From Macrostomum lignano (lineage: Eukaryota): a stretch of 64,000 bases of DNA. Where the stretch lies: NCBI GenBank assembly GCA_002269645.1, contig NIVC01003292.1, forward strand, positions 42,199-106,198. The letters run 5' to 3'. Shown here piece by piece: positions 13,543 to 56,539 of the stretch (the stretch's first letter is position 1; every line of letters starts with the position of its first letter). A program made the position numbers and the translations under genes. Below the pieces are notes generated by a model that saw only the letters and a list, made by a program, of their open reading frames with translations, searched no databases and had not been told where the DNA came from.

Positions 13543-14884
13543 ATGCAGGCCTCGTTAATTCTGCAGTTTCTGTGCTGCTGCATCGCCTTCCGCTTCTCGC
13601 TGGGCGCAGAATTCGGTCTGATTGGCTGTTTCAAGGACAACGAAACTCGAGACCTCTCCGGTTTAGTTGGCAAGCCCAATATCGGGCCCTACTCTGTGGT
13701 GGATTCTGATCGTGTCGTATTTGGCTCATTGACTTTGGAGCAGTGCAGCGAAGTCTGCGCCTACGAAAATTTTGAGTACTTCGGCGTCCAGTTTGAAACT
13801 CAATGCTATTGTGGAAACTCATATGGTCGCTTCGGAGCTGGCACTGGCTGCAACAAGACTTGCGCGGGCAATGCTGCCCAGATCTGCGGAGGGCTTTGGC
13901 AGAATTCTGTGTACCGGCAGGTCTACCTTCGTCCAGGTGGGATTAACGGAATTTAGAATGTTCCTGTCTGCGTGTTCTGCGTACTCTAGGTACATATCTA
14001 AAACAGGACTAAATTCATGCATTTCCATTATTTTAAGAATCGTATTGTCAGCGCTCATTTTCGCGCCGCAGGCACTCATTTTAGCGCCACAGGCACTCAT
14101 TTTGGCGCCGTAGGCACTCATTTTAGCGCCGCAGGCACTCATTTTAGCGCCACAGGCACTCATTTTAGCGCCACAGGCACTCATTTTGGCGCCATAGGCA
14201 ATCCTTTTAGTGCCACAGGCACTCATTTTAGCGCCACAGGCACTCATTTTGGCGCCATAGGCACTCATTTTGGCGCCGTGAGCGCTACATTTTGGCGCCC
14301 GAAGAAAAATTATTGATTACCACGAGTCACAAGGTGTGGTGGAGGGACAAAGCATTGGCATGTCCCCCCATAGCTTTTACTGGGTGGGAGACATGTCCCC
14401 CTGTCCCCCACCCCCAGTGGCAACGCGCCTGCCTAAAGATCATAAAAATGCATGGCACTGCTCGACTCATGGTTTCTTGAGTCCATTTTAACATAGAACC
14501 CAAATTTACTAAACGAAAAGCTTAATGAATATCAATAGAGCTACGCTCGTATAAGATCAAAATCAAAATCAACATCAAAATTGAACACTTCCTTTCTCCG
14601 TAGTGTCTCCTAAAATTTTCCATGGCTAACTATACTCTTGACCTTTTTTAGTCAGCAGCAAGAATTTCATACGGACAGACCGAATCTACCTGAACGTGAC
14701 CTCCACCAGCGGGCCCTTCTATAGCACGGTGCAGCCCGTCAAAAGCCTAGCCGAGTGCCTGGTTCGCTGTGGCGCTGACTGTCAGGCCGTGCTGCTGCAT
14801 CTGAACGCCTGCCACCTGCTGAGATTCCCCGTCCTGCCGCACGAGCTCGAGGCCAAAACTAGCGAATTTATCGTTCGCGTGTGA
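13543..14884 (+). CDS. Secreted WSC-domain protein with a C-terminal PAN/apple-like module (~208 aa); exons 13543-13936 and 14652-14884
   Basis: Signal-peptide-like start MQASLILQFLCCCIAFRFSLG. WSC pattern IGCFKD...LTLEQCSEVC...YFGVQFETQCYCGN...CNKTCAGNAAQICGG. A phase-1 GT-AG intron joins to an exon encoding SLAECLVRCGADCQAV...ACHL (apple-like Cys spacing; this domain call is less certain). Confidence 0.8.
14050..14285. repeat. 21-bp minisatellite (CACTCATTTTAGCGCCACAGG) in WSC gene intron
   Basis: About 11 tandem units. Confidence 0.9.
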
Positions 14885-14929
14885 CCTGCCGGACACGAAA
14901 TTTAATCGTTTGAAGTGCCGAAAATGTTC

Positions 14930-17250
14930 AGTAAACACCTTAAACATCATCTTATTGAAAACTCTGGTAATTTTTGTTTAACTGTGTGATTAAACACCAT
15001 CTTATTGAAAACTACGATAATTTTTGTTTAACTGTGTGATTAAACACCATCTTATTGAAAACTAAGGTAAACCTTGTTTAACACTGTGATTTTAAACACC
15101 ATCTTATTGAAAACTACGGTAATCTTTGTTTAACTCTGTGATTTTAAACACCATCTTATTGAAAACTACGATAATTTTTGTTTAACTGTGTGATTAAACA
15201 CCATCTTATTGAAAACTCTGGTAATCTTTGTTTAACTCTGTGATTTTAAACACCATCTTATTGAAAACTACGGTAATCTTTGTTTAACTCTGTGATTTTA
15301 AACACCATCTTATTGAAAACTCTGGTAAACCTTGTTTAACTCTGTGATTTTAAACACCATCTTATTGAAAACTACGGTAATCTTTGTTTAACTCTGTGAT
15401 TTTAAACACCATCTTATTGAAAACTCTGGTAAACCTTGTTTAACACTGTGATTTTAAACACCATCTTATTGAAAACTACGGTAATCTTTGTTTAACTCTG
15501 TGATTTTAGACACCATCTTATTGAAAACTCTGGTAAACCTTGTTTAACTCTGTGATTTTAAACACCATCTTATTGAAAACTACGATAATTTTTGTTTAAC
15601 TGTGTGATTAAACACCATCTTATTGAAAACTCTGGTAAACCTTGTTTAACTCTGTGATTTTAAACACCATCTTATTGAAAACTACGGTAATCTTTGTTTA
15701 ACTCTGTGATTTTAAACACCATCTTATTGAAAACTCTGGTAAACCTTGTTTAACTCCGTGATTTTAAACACCATCTTATTGAAAACTACGGTAATCTTTG
15801 TTTAACTCTGTGATTTTAAACACCATCTTATTGAAAACTCTGGTAAACCTTGTTTAACTCCGTGATTTTAAACACCATCTTATTGAAAACTCTGGTAAAC
15901 CTTGTTTAACTCTGTGATTTTAAACACCATCTTATTGAAAACTACGGTAATCTTTGTTTAACTGTGTGATTAAACACCATCTTATTGAAAACTAAGGTAA
16001 TTTTTGTTTAACTTTGATTAAACACCACCCCATCTTATTGAAAACTACGATAATTTTTGTTTAACTGTGTGATTAAACACCATCTTATTGAAAACTCTGG
16101 TAAACCTTGTTTAACTCTGTGATTTTAAACACCATCTTATTGAAAACTAAGGTAATTTTTGTTTAACTTTGATTAAACACCACCCCATTGAAAACTACGA
16201 TAATTTTTGTTTAACTGTGTGGTTAAACACCATCTTATTGAAAACTACGGTAATCTTTGTTTAACTCTGTGATTTTAAACACCATCTTATTGAAAACTCT
16301 GGTAAACCTTGTTTAACTCCGTGATTTTAAACACCATCTTATTGAAAACTACGGTAATCTTTGTTTAACTCTGTGATTTTAAACACCATCTTATTGAAAA
16401 CTCTGGTAAACCTTGTTTAACTCCGTGATTTTAAACACCATCTTATTGAAAACTCTGGTAAACCTTGCTTAACTCCGTGATTTTAAACACCATCTTATTG
16501 AAAACTACGGTAATCTTTGTTTAACTGTGTGATTAAACACCATCTTATTGAAAACTAAGGTAATTTTTGTTTAACTTTGATTAAACACCACCCCATCTTA
16601 TTGAAAACTACGATAATTTTTGTTTAACTGTGTGATTAAACACCATCTTATTGAAAACTCTGGTAAACCTTGTTTAACTCTGTGATTTTAAACACCATCT
16701 TATTGAAAACTAAGGTAATTTTTGTTAACCTTTGATTAAACACCACCCCATTGAAAACTACGATAATTTTTGTTTAACTGTGTGGTTAAACACCATCTTA
16801 TTGAAAACTCTGGTAAACCTTGTTTAACTCTGTGATTTTAAACACCATCTTATTGAAAACTACGGTAATCTTTGTTTAAATCTGTGATTTTAAACACCAT
16901 CTTATTGAAAACTCTGGTAAACCTTGTTTAACTCCGTGATTTTAAACACCATCTTATTGAAAACTACGGTAATCTTTGTTTAACTCTGTGATTTTAAACA
17001 CCATCTTATTGAAAAACTCTGGTAATTTTTGTTTAACTGTGTGATTAAACACCATCTTATTGAAAACTACGATAATTTTTGTTTAACTGTGTGATTAAAC
17101 ACCATCTTATTGAAAACTAAGGTAAACCTTGTTTAACACTGTGATTTTAAACACCATCTTATTGAAAACTACGGTAATCTTTGTTTAACTCTGTGATTTT
17201 AAACACCATCTTATTGAAAACTACGATAATTTTTGGTTAACTCCGCGATT
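14930..17250. repeat. 50-52-bp AT-rich minisatellite (AACACCATCTTATTGAAAACTACGGTAATCTTTGTTTAACTCTGTGATTTTA)
   Basis: About 45 units, starting about 45 nt after the WSC gene stop codon. Confidence 0.95.
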
Positions 17251-18939
17251 AAACTCTGTCTCTATCTTATAGAAAAGCACGTGAGATGATGTTTGGAAGA
17301 AGAGTTTTCGAGCATAAATTGAAAACCTGGCGCCCTACTTCAAGTACGAGCGTAACAGTATGGGAATTTGAATGCCCATATTTGGGGTAATTATACGAAT
17401 TTAGAGTGGGGAATAACGTTAATTATTTTAGTCTGTGTCTGAACTTCACCCGCCCATCTCAAAAGCGATCATATCACTTTAACAAAGCTCTATCTATATA
17501 ACGAAACCTGAAAATATCTATTAAAATTATAAAAAAACTTGAACGAAAAACAACTGAGCTATTATCAACGGAGAAGTGTGTCGTATATTTAACCTATTTT
17601 GTGAAACTGAGCAATTTGTTTGTTTGTTAGATTTCAAGACTTTACCATTACGAGCTATATATGTAAGTAAAAATGTTAATTAAACTTATTTCTGTTCTTC
17701 AAACATTATAAGTATCCTTACGGTTTCTAAACATTAAAGCGAGGGGCCATTGTACGTAAGGGATGGCGTGTACTATTAAAAAAATTTTGTTGGGGAACGT
17801 GCTAGCTAGAATTGGGATCAGCGGCATTAAATCAGTGCCCCTCTCCAAACTTCGTAAACCTCTATCTATATGAAACATCTATTAGTATTAGGCATATGTG
17901 AAAAAGGCATTCATTTGAAGAAAAGAAAGCACTTTTATTTAATTTATGTATTTAGTACGTGGTTTATATTGTAGCTTATAATATCGGAATGGTCAATAAG
18001 TTGACATTCTAGATACATTAAGGTATATATTGTACATTCAAACAACAGCCAAGATTGTAGGGTAAAAAACTGCTGGGCTGAATTCTGGTTCAGAATCAGC
18101 ATCAGCACTGGTCCTAACCCCCTCTGAAAATCCGGTTTTGGGTTGGTTTTTCTGTACGCAATCATCCTTTCCGTGCTATTTTTAGATTTGTGACTCCGCT
18201 ATAATAATGTACAGGAGCTAAATGCACATTAAAGGGACTGTACATCTGATTCTATGTTCAATTTCCTAAGTCCAACTTCCTTTAAGTCTTCAGCCCCAGC
18301 TCCCCACACCCCTTTTTACAGACTTTCCACAACCCCGTGTTTAGGGTTTCTGCCGGGGCAGCCCCCACACCCCCGGTCGGTCAGTGCACGCACTGTCTGC
18401 ATGATAGGAACGTCCCCAGAGCCCTCCCCCCGCCCACGAAACAAACAGTTCATTCTGTCCCTCCGACAACCACTATCTTTCCTCTCTGCCCTTTCTCTCC
18501 TCCCTTGACTAGAATGTACACAAGTCTGTAGGCAAGGGGCAGGAATGGAGATTTCCAGGCCCATAATGCACACGATTCCTTCGACACCCCGCCCCCATAT
18601 AATACACAAACGTTCTCCAGTCTTTTTACCAGTTCTAACAACTGCGCCGAAAAATTTCTTTCCTTTTCAAAAAACCAAACACGTGATTACGCCGAATTTT
18701 TCTATTCTCAAATGAGCATTCAAAACTAGGCACCCTGCTCTTTGACCGAACTGTAACGTATATAACCCTAGCCTGTCTACACACCGCTTGCAGCTCCTGT
18801 CGATTTGCTGTAAAAGACTATTCCTATAATTGAAGCGAACAAGAAGGAACGTGTCTATAAGGTCCCTGTTTAAATACCTGACGATCTGGGTTCTACTTAG
18901 TGTAAACTGCACTTTTCTAACAAAAAAGTAAAGTAAGAA

Positions 18940-48727
<29,788 letters not shown>

Positions 48728-49794
48728 AGCCTCGAGCCCGCATCGACAATTGAAATAAGCAAAAATTAAGCTGTTTGTTGATTACCCGTAAAACTGGGTG
48801 TGTTGTTTTAACTACTGCTATACATATGCTATACTGTATTAAGTATTTCGTTGCGTCATTTTTCCGGCTTTATTTTTTAAATTAGTGCCATTTTTATAGC
48901 AAAAAGTAACAAAATTTTGAATAGTATATTTCTAGTAAATTAAATATTCTTAAATTTTTATAGTTTTGTCCTACAATTTTTCAGCAATATTATAATTGTT
49001 TTATTCGTTGTAAAAATGGCACCAATTTAAATTAAAGTAAGCTTAAATTGAAAGTTCATTTAAGCTTAAAAAACACGTTTCGAAAAATCTCATGTTCACA
49101 GCTTTAATAATCTTTTTCCTCAAATTAACTTAAGTTAATTAAATAAATAATTTGTCAATTTTTTGAGACCAAAAAAACATTTACGTTCGGCTTGAAATGC
49201 TCTGATATTTTATTTGTCACCTTCTGCTAAATAGTAGTTAATAGAAGAAATTCACTAAACGCGTTTCCAGTAGTACATGTATCTATAGTAGTAGTAGTAG
49301 TAGTAGTTTGCGCTTTCTCTTTGCTTTTTTCTGCAAAGTCACAAATCTTAGCCCAAGTAATTAGTGCGACATGTACCATCAACTTTTAAAATTCTTTTGC
49401 TATAATTGCTTCCCTAAGCGTCATACTTCGCCCTTCATTTTCCCGTTAATTAATTACTTATATTTAATAATTTAGATTCAACCAAATTCACTCCATATTT
49501 TTTCGTAATAAATTTTAAATATTCCCCTGCATATTACTATCGAGTAGTCTGTTTGCCTAGTATTTGGTAGAAAACGAATGATATTACAGATTCTTGCGGT
49601 AATTCAAGTAGATTTTGTTTTTGAACAACTTCGGTAAAAATAAACTGTCACGATTTTTTTCGACTTCATCAACTAGAATTAGAATATTTTATGTTTAATT
49701 AGTTCAAACTTGATGGTTTTTTCTGTTTTTGGTTATTTGGGCATTTCTAGTATAGAATATGATAGTGGTGCCTGCGATTGTATCTTCTAGCTGT

Positions 49795-51185
49795 ACCTCA
49801 GATATAAGATGGACACCCCAGATATAAGATGGACACCCCAGATATAAGATGGACACCCCAGATATAAGATGGACACATCAGATATAGGATGGACACCCCA
49901 GATATAAGATGGACACCCCAGATATAAGATGGACACCCCAGATATAAGATGGACACCCCAGATATAAGATGGACACATCAGATATAAGATGGACATCTCA
50001 GATATAAGATGGACACCCCAGATATAAGATGGACACCCCAGATATAAGATGGACACCCCAGATATAAGATGGACACCTCAGATATAAGATGGACACCACA
50101 GATATAAGATGGACACCACAGATATAAGATGGACACCACAGATATAAGATGGACACCCCAGATATAAGATGGACACCTCAGATATAAGATGGACACCACA
50201 GATATAAGATGGACACCCCAGATATAAGATGGACACCTCAGATATAAGATGGACATCTCAGATATAAGATGGACACCACAGATATAAGATGGACACCCCA
50301 GATATAAGATGGACACCCCAGATATAAGATGGACACATCAGATATAAGATGGACATCTCAGATATAAGATGGACACCACAGATATAAGATGGACACCCCA
50401 GATATAAGATGGACACCCCGGATATAAGATAGACACCTCAGATATAAGATGGACACATCAGATATAAGATGGACACCTCAGATATAGGATGGACACCTCA
50501 GATATAAGATGGACACCCCAGATATAAGATGGACACCCCAGATATAAAATGGACGCCTCAGATATAAAATGGACACCTCAGATATAAAATGGACACCCCA
50601 GATATATAATAGACACCTCAGATATATAATGGAAACCTCAGATATAAAACAGACACCTCAGATATAAAATGGACACCTCAGATATAAAATGGGCACCTCA
50701 GATATAGAATGGACACCCCAGATATATAATGGACACCCCAGATATATAATGGACACCCCAGATATATAATGGACACCTCAAATATAAAATGGACACCTCA
50801 AATATAAAATGGACGCCTCAAATATAAAATGGACACCCCAGATATAAAATGGACACCTCAAATATAAAATGGGCACCTCAGATATAGAATGGACACCTCA
50901 GATATAAAATGGACACCTCAGAATAAAATGGACACCTCAGATATAAAATGGGCACCTCAGATATAGACTGGACACCCCAGATATATAATGGACACCCCAG
51001 ATATATAATGGACACCCCAGATATATAATGGACACCCCAGATATATAATGGACACCTCAAATATAAAATGGACACTCCAAATATAAGATGGACACCCCAG
51101 ATATAAAATGGACACCTCAAATATAAAATGGACACTCCAAATATAAGATGGACACCCCAGATATAAGATTGACATCTCAGATATA
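49795..51185. repeat. 20-bp minisatellite (GATATAAGATGGACACCCCA drifting to GATATAAAATGGACACCTCA)
   Basis: About 69 units with an exact 20-bp register. Confidence 0.95.
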
Positions 51186-51900
51186 AATACACCTAAGATA
51201 TTCCGATAAAAACTGCTTGAACTTATCTCCATTTATTACTGAGAAGCGAAATAAACAGCCTAGCCCAACTGGATGCACTATGACAAGCACTTTTAACCGG
51301 TCTCATCTTAGTCCTGGCTGCAATAATAAAAACACTTATAAAGAAGTTATCGAATCAATTATCTAAAGTGCCACGCGGAGAGCAGGGCGATGTCGATTTA
51401 GAAAATCATTTGCTAATTATGGCATCCAGACCAAGGAGTCGTGTAGGGTGCGTTTGATTCCCCAGACTCCCACTTCACTTATCTGGGAGGCTGCCCACTC
51501 TTGATCTTGCTGGACTTGCCCCTCCCTCCCCCCTGGGGAGATCGAACTGGCTGGAAAGGTTGATGCGAAGTTAAAAAATGTAAAGTGATGTCAGAGGGAC
51601 CAAGGCGACCCAAAACCAGAACCTGGGTAAACTCCCACTAACTCCCATCTCTCCACTATACTAAAATGAGTTGTTTCTATCCATCTATCTACATCGACTA
51701 TAGCTTATTGGGCTTCAGAATTTAGAATTTTAGAGTTTAGACAGACGAAGTTTTATTGCCTGTCAATTTAAAATGACAGTTCAATAATTCCGCAATTCCT
51801 CCATGAGCCCTGACACTTCAGCAATTCCCCCAAGAGTATTTTATGGTTGACATGTGGGATTCTCTATTATGGCTGAACCCTAACCCCCCTAACCCTCTAA

Positions 51901-52295
51901 GGGAACCGCAGCCCCAGTGGTCCAGCGCAGGCTCTGATGTGCCAGCGGCCCAGGCTCGATTCCAAGTGCAGCCACATTAATTTGGGGCTAATTTGGAATC
52001 TCGGCTTGGCTCTGCTCTTGCAATTAACGCCCTTGAGGGCCAACCCCCAAGGCACAGTGAAGTGTACATGCCTAACGATAAATAAAGTCAGGGCCGCTGT
52101 ACACTCCTGTGTGAGTGTGTGCCTGTGCGTATCACTGCGTACGTATCCGCGCGCTTGTGTGCCTGCTCAGGGGGGTCGGCGGAATGGGCGGCAGTAATGG
52201 TTCTCGCCGGTTGTGTGACAATGCCGCTTAAAGTGCAGTGCGCCAGGGTGCGCCAGCTTCTGCCTCTATTACAAATGTATTATATTATTATTAGG
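51901..52295 (+). mobile_element. tRNA-derived SINE, second copy
   Basis: B-box GGCTCGATTCC at 51953-51963; body nearly identical to 702-1077; AT-rich (TAT)n-like tail. No TSD recognised. Confidence 0.85.
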
Positions 52296-52864
52296 TGGCT
52301 TTATGGGGAGGAGCTGGCACTCCAGGTTCTGACTCTGAGCCTCCTTGAGTGATCCAAGGAGCATTACTAATGTGTATACATACAGGCTTTTTTAGTGCTC
52401 AAAGTGTTGAGGGCGTAACGACACCTCCTGCCTTAACTAACATGCAAGTCAACCTCTACGAGATGAGCGCCTCACTTTGCTCCTCAATTATTGACAGCCA
52501 GCAAGATCGGCATGTACAGAAAGCCAATTTTTAGAGGGCCTAGCTGCAGCTTAGCTTGGCCCGAGAGCTGTGTGCAACTCGCTCCCCTTATCAACTGGCA
52601 GAGTTGCTAAGTTTATTACCTATACATGTAGTAGCATGCTCCAGTAGTCCTATGCATCTCTTCTCCCTGTAATTTCATTCTGAGCAGTGCTGGCCCACAG
52701 CAGAGCTCATTAGAGTTAGCCTGCTGAGCACCCGGTTTCGGGTTATGTAAGCTCATCTGTAATTTGCTCATCTGCCACTGTTGCTGTTCTGTAATGACTG
52801 ATTTGTTAGGCATGTGGAGTCTGAGAAGTGTGCTCTCATTATGCTTCCATCTGTTTTCAGGCAG

Positions 52865-53060
52865 ATTTCTATCTGAGATTATCTCCCCTAGGTGTGAGAT
52901 TCCCAGCTGAGATTATCTCCCCTAGGAGTGAGATTCCTAGCTGAGATTATCCTTTCTAAATGTGAGATTCCTAGCTGAGATTATCTTCCCTAAGTGTTAG
53001 ATTCCTAGCTGAGATTATCTTTCCTAAGTGTGAGATTCCTAGCTGAGATTATCTCCTTAG
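52865..53060. repeat. 34-bp minisatellite (GAGATTATCTCCCCTAGGTGTGAGATTCCTAGCT)
   Basis: About 6 units. Confidence 0.8.
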
Positions 53061-53749
53061 GCAGCATAGTAGGCATTTGATAGGCGGTAGAGTAGACAAT
53101 ACAGTAGGTCAGTCATTGGCAATAAATTAGCCTCTACATTTATAGTCAGGCCTTATTGCATAACTTATATTAAATCGATGAAAAGTATTCTACATATATC
53201 TGGACACCAATTTGTTAAGATGAATTACATCTATAAGAGAATGATTTGGTGTAGTACTAATAGACGAAGTTTTTTAACAGTTTTAATTTCTGCAACTCTC
53301 CAACACACACGCGCGCAAAACTCCCTCTGCTCCATCTGTCGATTTCTCTCTCTGTCTCTCTGTGTGTCGATTCATTTATTTATAGTCAATTAGAAGGGCC
53401 GCCAACTCCCCTTTGGAAGGAAATTGCTGTAGTTCGTTTCCTGCAGATAGAGAGTGACAAGTGGTGCGATCGAGTCTCCATGGTGGGAGGCTGTTCCAAG
53501 TCTCTCTCTCTCCCTCCCTCGCTGTCTGGTCTCGATCTCTGTAAAAGTGCTCCGCTAGATCTCTTGTCGACTGCAGGGGCCAGTTTTTCCTCATGGGATT
53601 TTGGCCCCGAAAATTTGACTTAGAATGTCGCCACTACAGCTCGCACACTTGATGCCAAAAAAGTTTTTTTCTCGAGCTGGAAAATAAAACGGGTAGTTGG
53701 CAAGCCTCGGAAGGAACGAAAATTGGCGAGGGAACTCCCAGCAACACTC

Positions 53750-55135
53750 GTTGGAAAACCCATGTAGCTATAAGAGAGTTATTGGGAAACCCTTCACCAA
53801 ACCAAAGTCATTGGAAAACCCTTGACCAAACCAAGGTCATTTGGAAACCCTTGAACAAACCGAGGTCATTGGGAAACCCTTGACCAAACCAAGGTCATTG
53901 GGAAACCCTTAACCAAACCAAGGTTATTGGGAAACCCTTGACCAAACCAAGGTCATTGGGAAATCCTTGACCAAACCAAGGTTATTGGGAAACCCTTGAC
54001 CAAACCAAGGTCATTGGAAAACCCTTGACCAAACCAAGGTCATTTGGAAACCCTTGAACAAACCGAGGTCATTGGGAAACCCTTGACCAAACCAAGGTCA
54101 TTGGGAAACCCTTAACCAAACCAAGGTTATTGGGAAACCCTTGACCAAACCAAGGTCATTGGGAAATCCTTGACCAAACCAAGGTTATTGGGAAACCCTT
54201 GACCAAACCAAGGTCATTGGGAAACCCTTGACCAAACCAAGGTCATTGGGAAACCCTTGACCAAACCAAGGTTATTGGGAAAAATTCCTTGACCAAACCA
54301 AGGTCATTGGGAAACCCTTGACTAAACCAAGGTCATTGGGAAACCCTTGACCAAACCAAGGTCACTGGAAAATCCTTGACCAAACCAAGGTCATTGGGAA
54401 ACCCTTGACCAAACCAAGGTCATTGGGAAAACCCTTGACCAAACCAAAGTTATTGGGAAATCCTTGACCAAACCAAGGTCATTGGGAAACCCTTGACCAA
54501 ACCAAGGTCATTGGAAAACCCTTGATCAAACCAAAGTCATTGGGAAACCCTAGACCAAACCAAGGTCACTGGAAAATCCTTGACCAAACCAAGGTTATTG
54601 GGAAACCCTTGACCAAACCAAGGTTATTGGGAAACCCTTGACCAAACCAAGGTCACTGGAAAATCCTTGACCAAACCAAGGTCATTGGGAAACCCTTGAC
54701 CAAACCAAGGTCACTGGAAAATCCTTGACCAAACCAAGGTCATTGGGAAACCCTTGACCAAACCAAGGTCATTGGAAAAGCCTTGATCAAACCAAAGTCA
54801 TTGGGAAACCCTAGACCAAACCAAGGTCACTGGAAAATCCTTGACCAAACCAAGGTTATTGGGAAACCCTTGACCAAACCAAGGTTATTTGGGAAACCCT
54901 TGACCAAACCAAGGTTATTGGGAAACCCTTGACCAAACCAAGGTCATTGGAAAACCCTTGATCAAACCAAAGTCATTGGGAAACCCTAGACCAAACCAAG
55001 GTCACTGGAAAATCCTTGACCAAACCAAGGTTATTGGGAAATCCTTGACCAAACCAAGGTTATTTGGGAAACCCTTGACCAAACCAAGGTTATTGGGAAA
55101 CCCTTGACCAAACCAAGGTCATTGGGAGACCCATA
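53750..55135. repeat. 29-bp minisatellite (GGTCATTGGGAAACCCTTGACCAAACCAA)
   Basis: About 47 units. Confidence 0.95.
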
Positions 55136-55619
55136 GAGTTATCAGAGGTCTTTGGCAGACCCTGGAAGCAGACAGTGCTCATCATACAAAAAACGTATTT
55201 TCTCTAGTCAAACAGGAAATTAGTTCTCTTAAGCCAGTTAATGCATCAAATCTGGAAAGCTGATCATCTTCTGCCACAGATTCAGATAGTAAAATGAGCG
55301 ATTGAGCGAATGATGAGGTACTCGATCAAATAACATGATTCTGGATACACTCCGCTGGTCTCATGCGTCTGTCTCTTGGCCTTATATCTAGCCCTGTGGT
55401 TGCTAGAAAATGATTGAGCTATCATACTTAATAAGCTTTTTATGGTTTGGTGCTGTTAAATTTTACAACAGGAAAATATTGCTGCTCAAATAAACTGAGT
55501 TCTTAGCGGCAGTGATTCCAGACTTTTGATCAGTAATATCAGGATGAAAGAAGGTAAGGGAATACAGATTTACACAGAGAAAAGATGGAAGGAAAAGGAA
55601 TTTAGATGAGAGAGTGAAG

Positions 55620-56070
55620 GAGAGGATGAGACGAACGAGAGGGAGGGGAGAGAGGGTGAGAAGAATGGGAGGGAGGGGAGAGAGGGTGAGAAGAATGGGA
55701 GGGAGGGGAGAGAGGGTGAGACGAATGAGATGGAGGGGAGAGAGGGTGAGACGAATGAGAGGGAGGGGAGAGAGGGTGAGAAGAATGAGAGGACGGAAGA
55801 GAGGGTGAGAAGAATGGGAGGGAGGGGAGAGAGGGTGAGAAGAATGAGAGGACGGAAGAGAGGGTGAGAAGAATGGGAGGGAGGGGAGAGAGGGTGAGAA
55901 GAATGGGAGGGAGGGGAGAGAGGGTGAGAAGAATGGGAGGGAGGGGAGAGAGGGTGAGAAGAATGGGAGGGAGGGGAGAGAGGGTGAGAAGAATGGGAGG
56001 GAGGGGAGAGAGGGTGAGAAGAATGACATGGAGGGGAGAGAGGGTGAGAAGAATGAGAGGGAGGGAAGAG
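55620..56070. repeat. 30-bp purine-rich minisatellite (GAGAGGGTGAGAAGAATGGGAGGGAGGGGA)
   Basis: About 15 units. Confidence 0.9.
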
Positions 56071-56539
56071 AAGCCTTACGAAATACAGAGTGGCACAGCT
56101 ACCCAGTACTCAGAGGACTAAATAATCAATACTTGGTACGCCTGAGCATTGGGAAATGCCATAATCGCACGAACAAATAGAATTCCAAGACAACCCTAAC
56201 CCTAAGGGAAAAAAGCATGCTTGGAAGGAAGAAGTTGAACAAAAATGGATGCTTTGGTTCTTTTCTGTTGTCCGAGATCTCCAATCGAGATTTCCCAAGA
56301 GTACCCAACCCCGGCTTTGACTTCTTACTCTGCTCTGCGGATCACTCTGAGAAATCTTTGCTTGATCATGAATGATGGCTTGTGCTGAACTAATTTTTAT
56401 CTACAGAATCTCTTTGATGTTGGCGACATTCTTTTGCTAGTTACAGCATCTTGATGATGCTAACCAATCGATCAATAATTATTTACGGAGTAGAGATAAA
56501 CACACCATGGCTAAGAATAAAATAATAAAATAATAAAAT

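Noticed and set aside
9137-17250. Regular arrays resembling CRISPR repeats
   Set aside because: Units are head-to-tail with no unique spacers, no cas genes are present, and the context is a spliced eukaryotic genome.
17250-18900. Non-repetitive intergenic DNA possibly holding MITE/transposon remnants or the GOGAT promoter
   Set aside because: No paired terminal inverted repeats, TSDs or transposase-like ORF could be identified by eye.
51875-51900. Telomere-like CCCTAA words next to SINE copy 2
   Set aside because: Only 2-3 degenerate units, which is insufficient.
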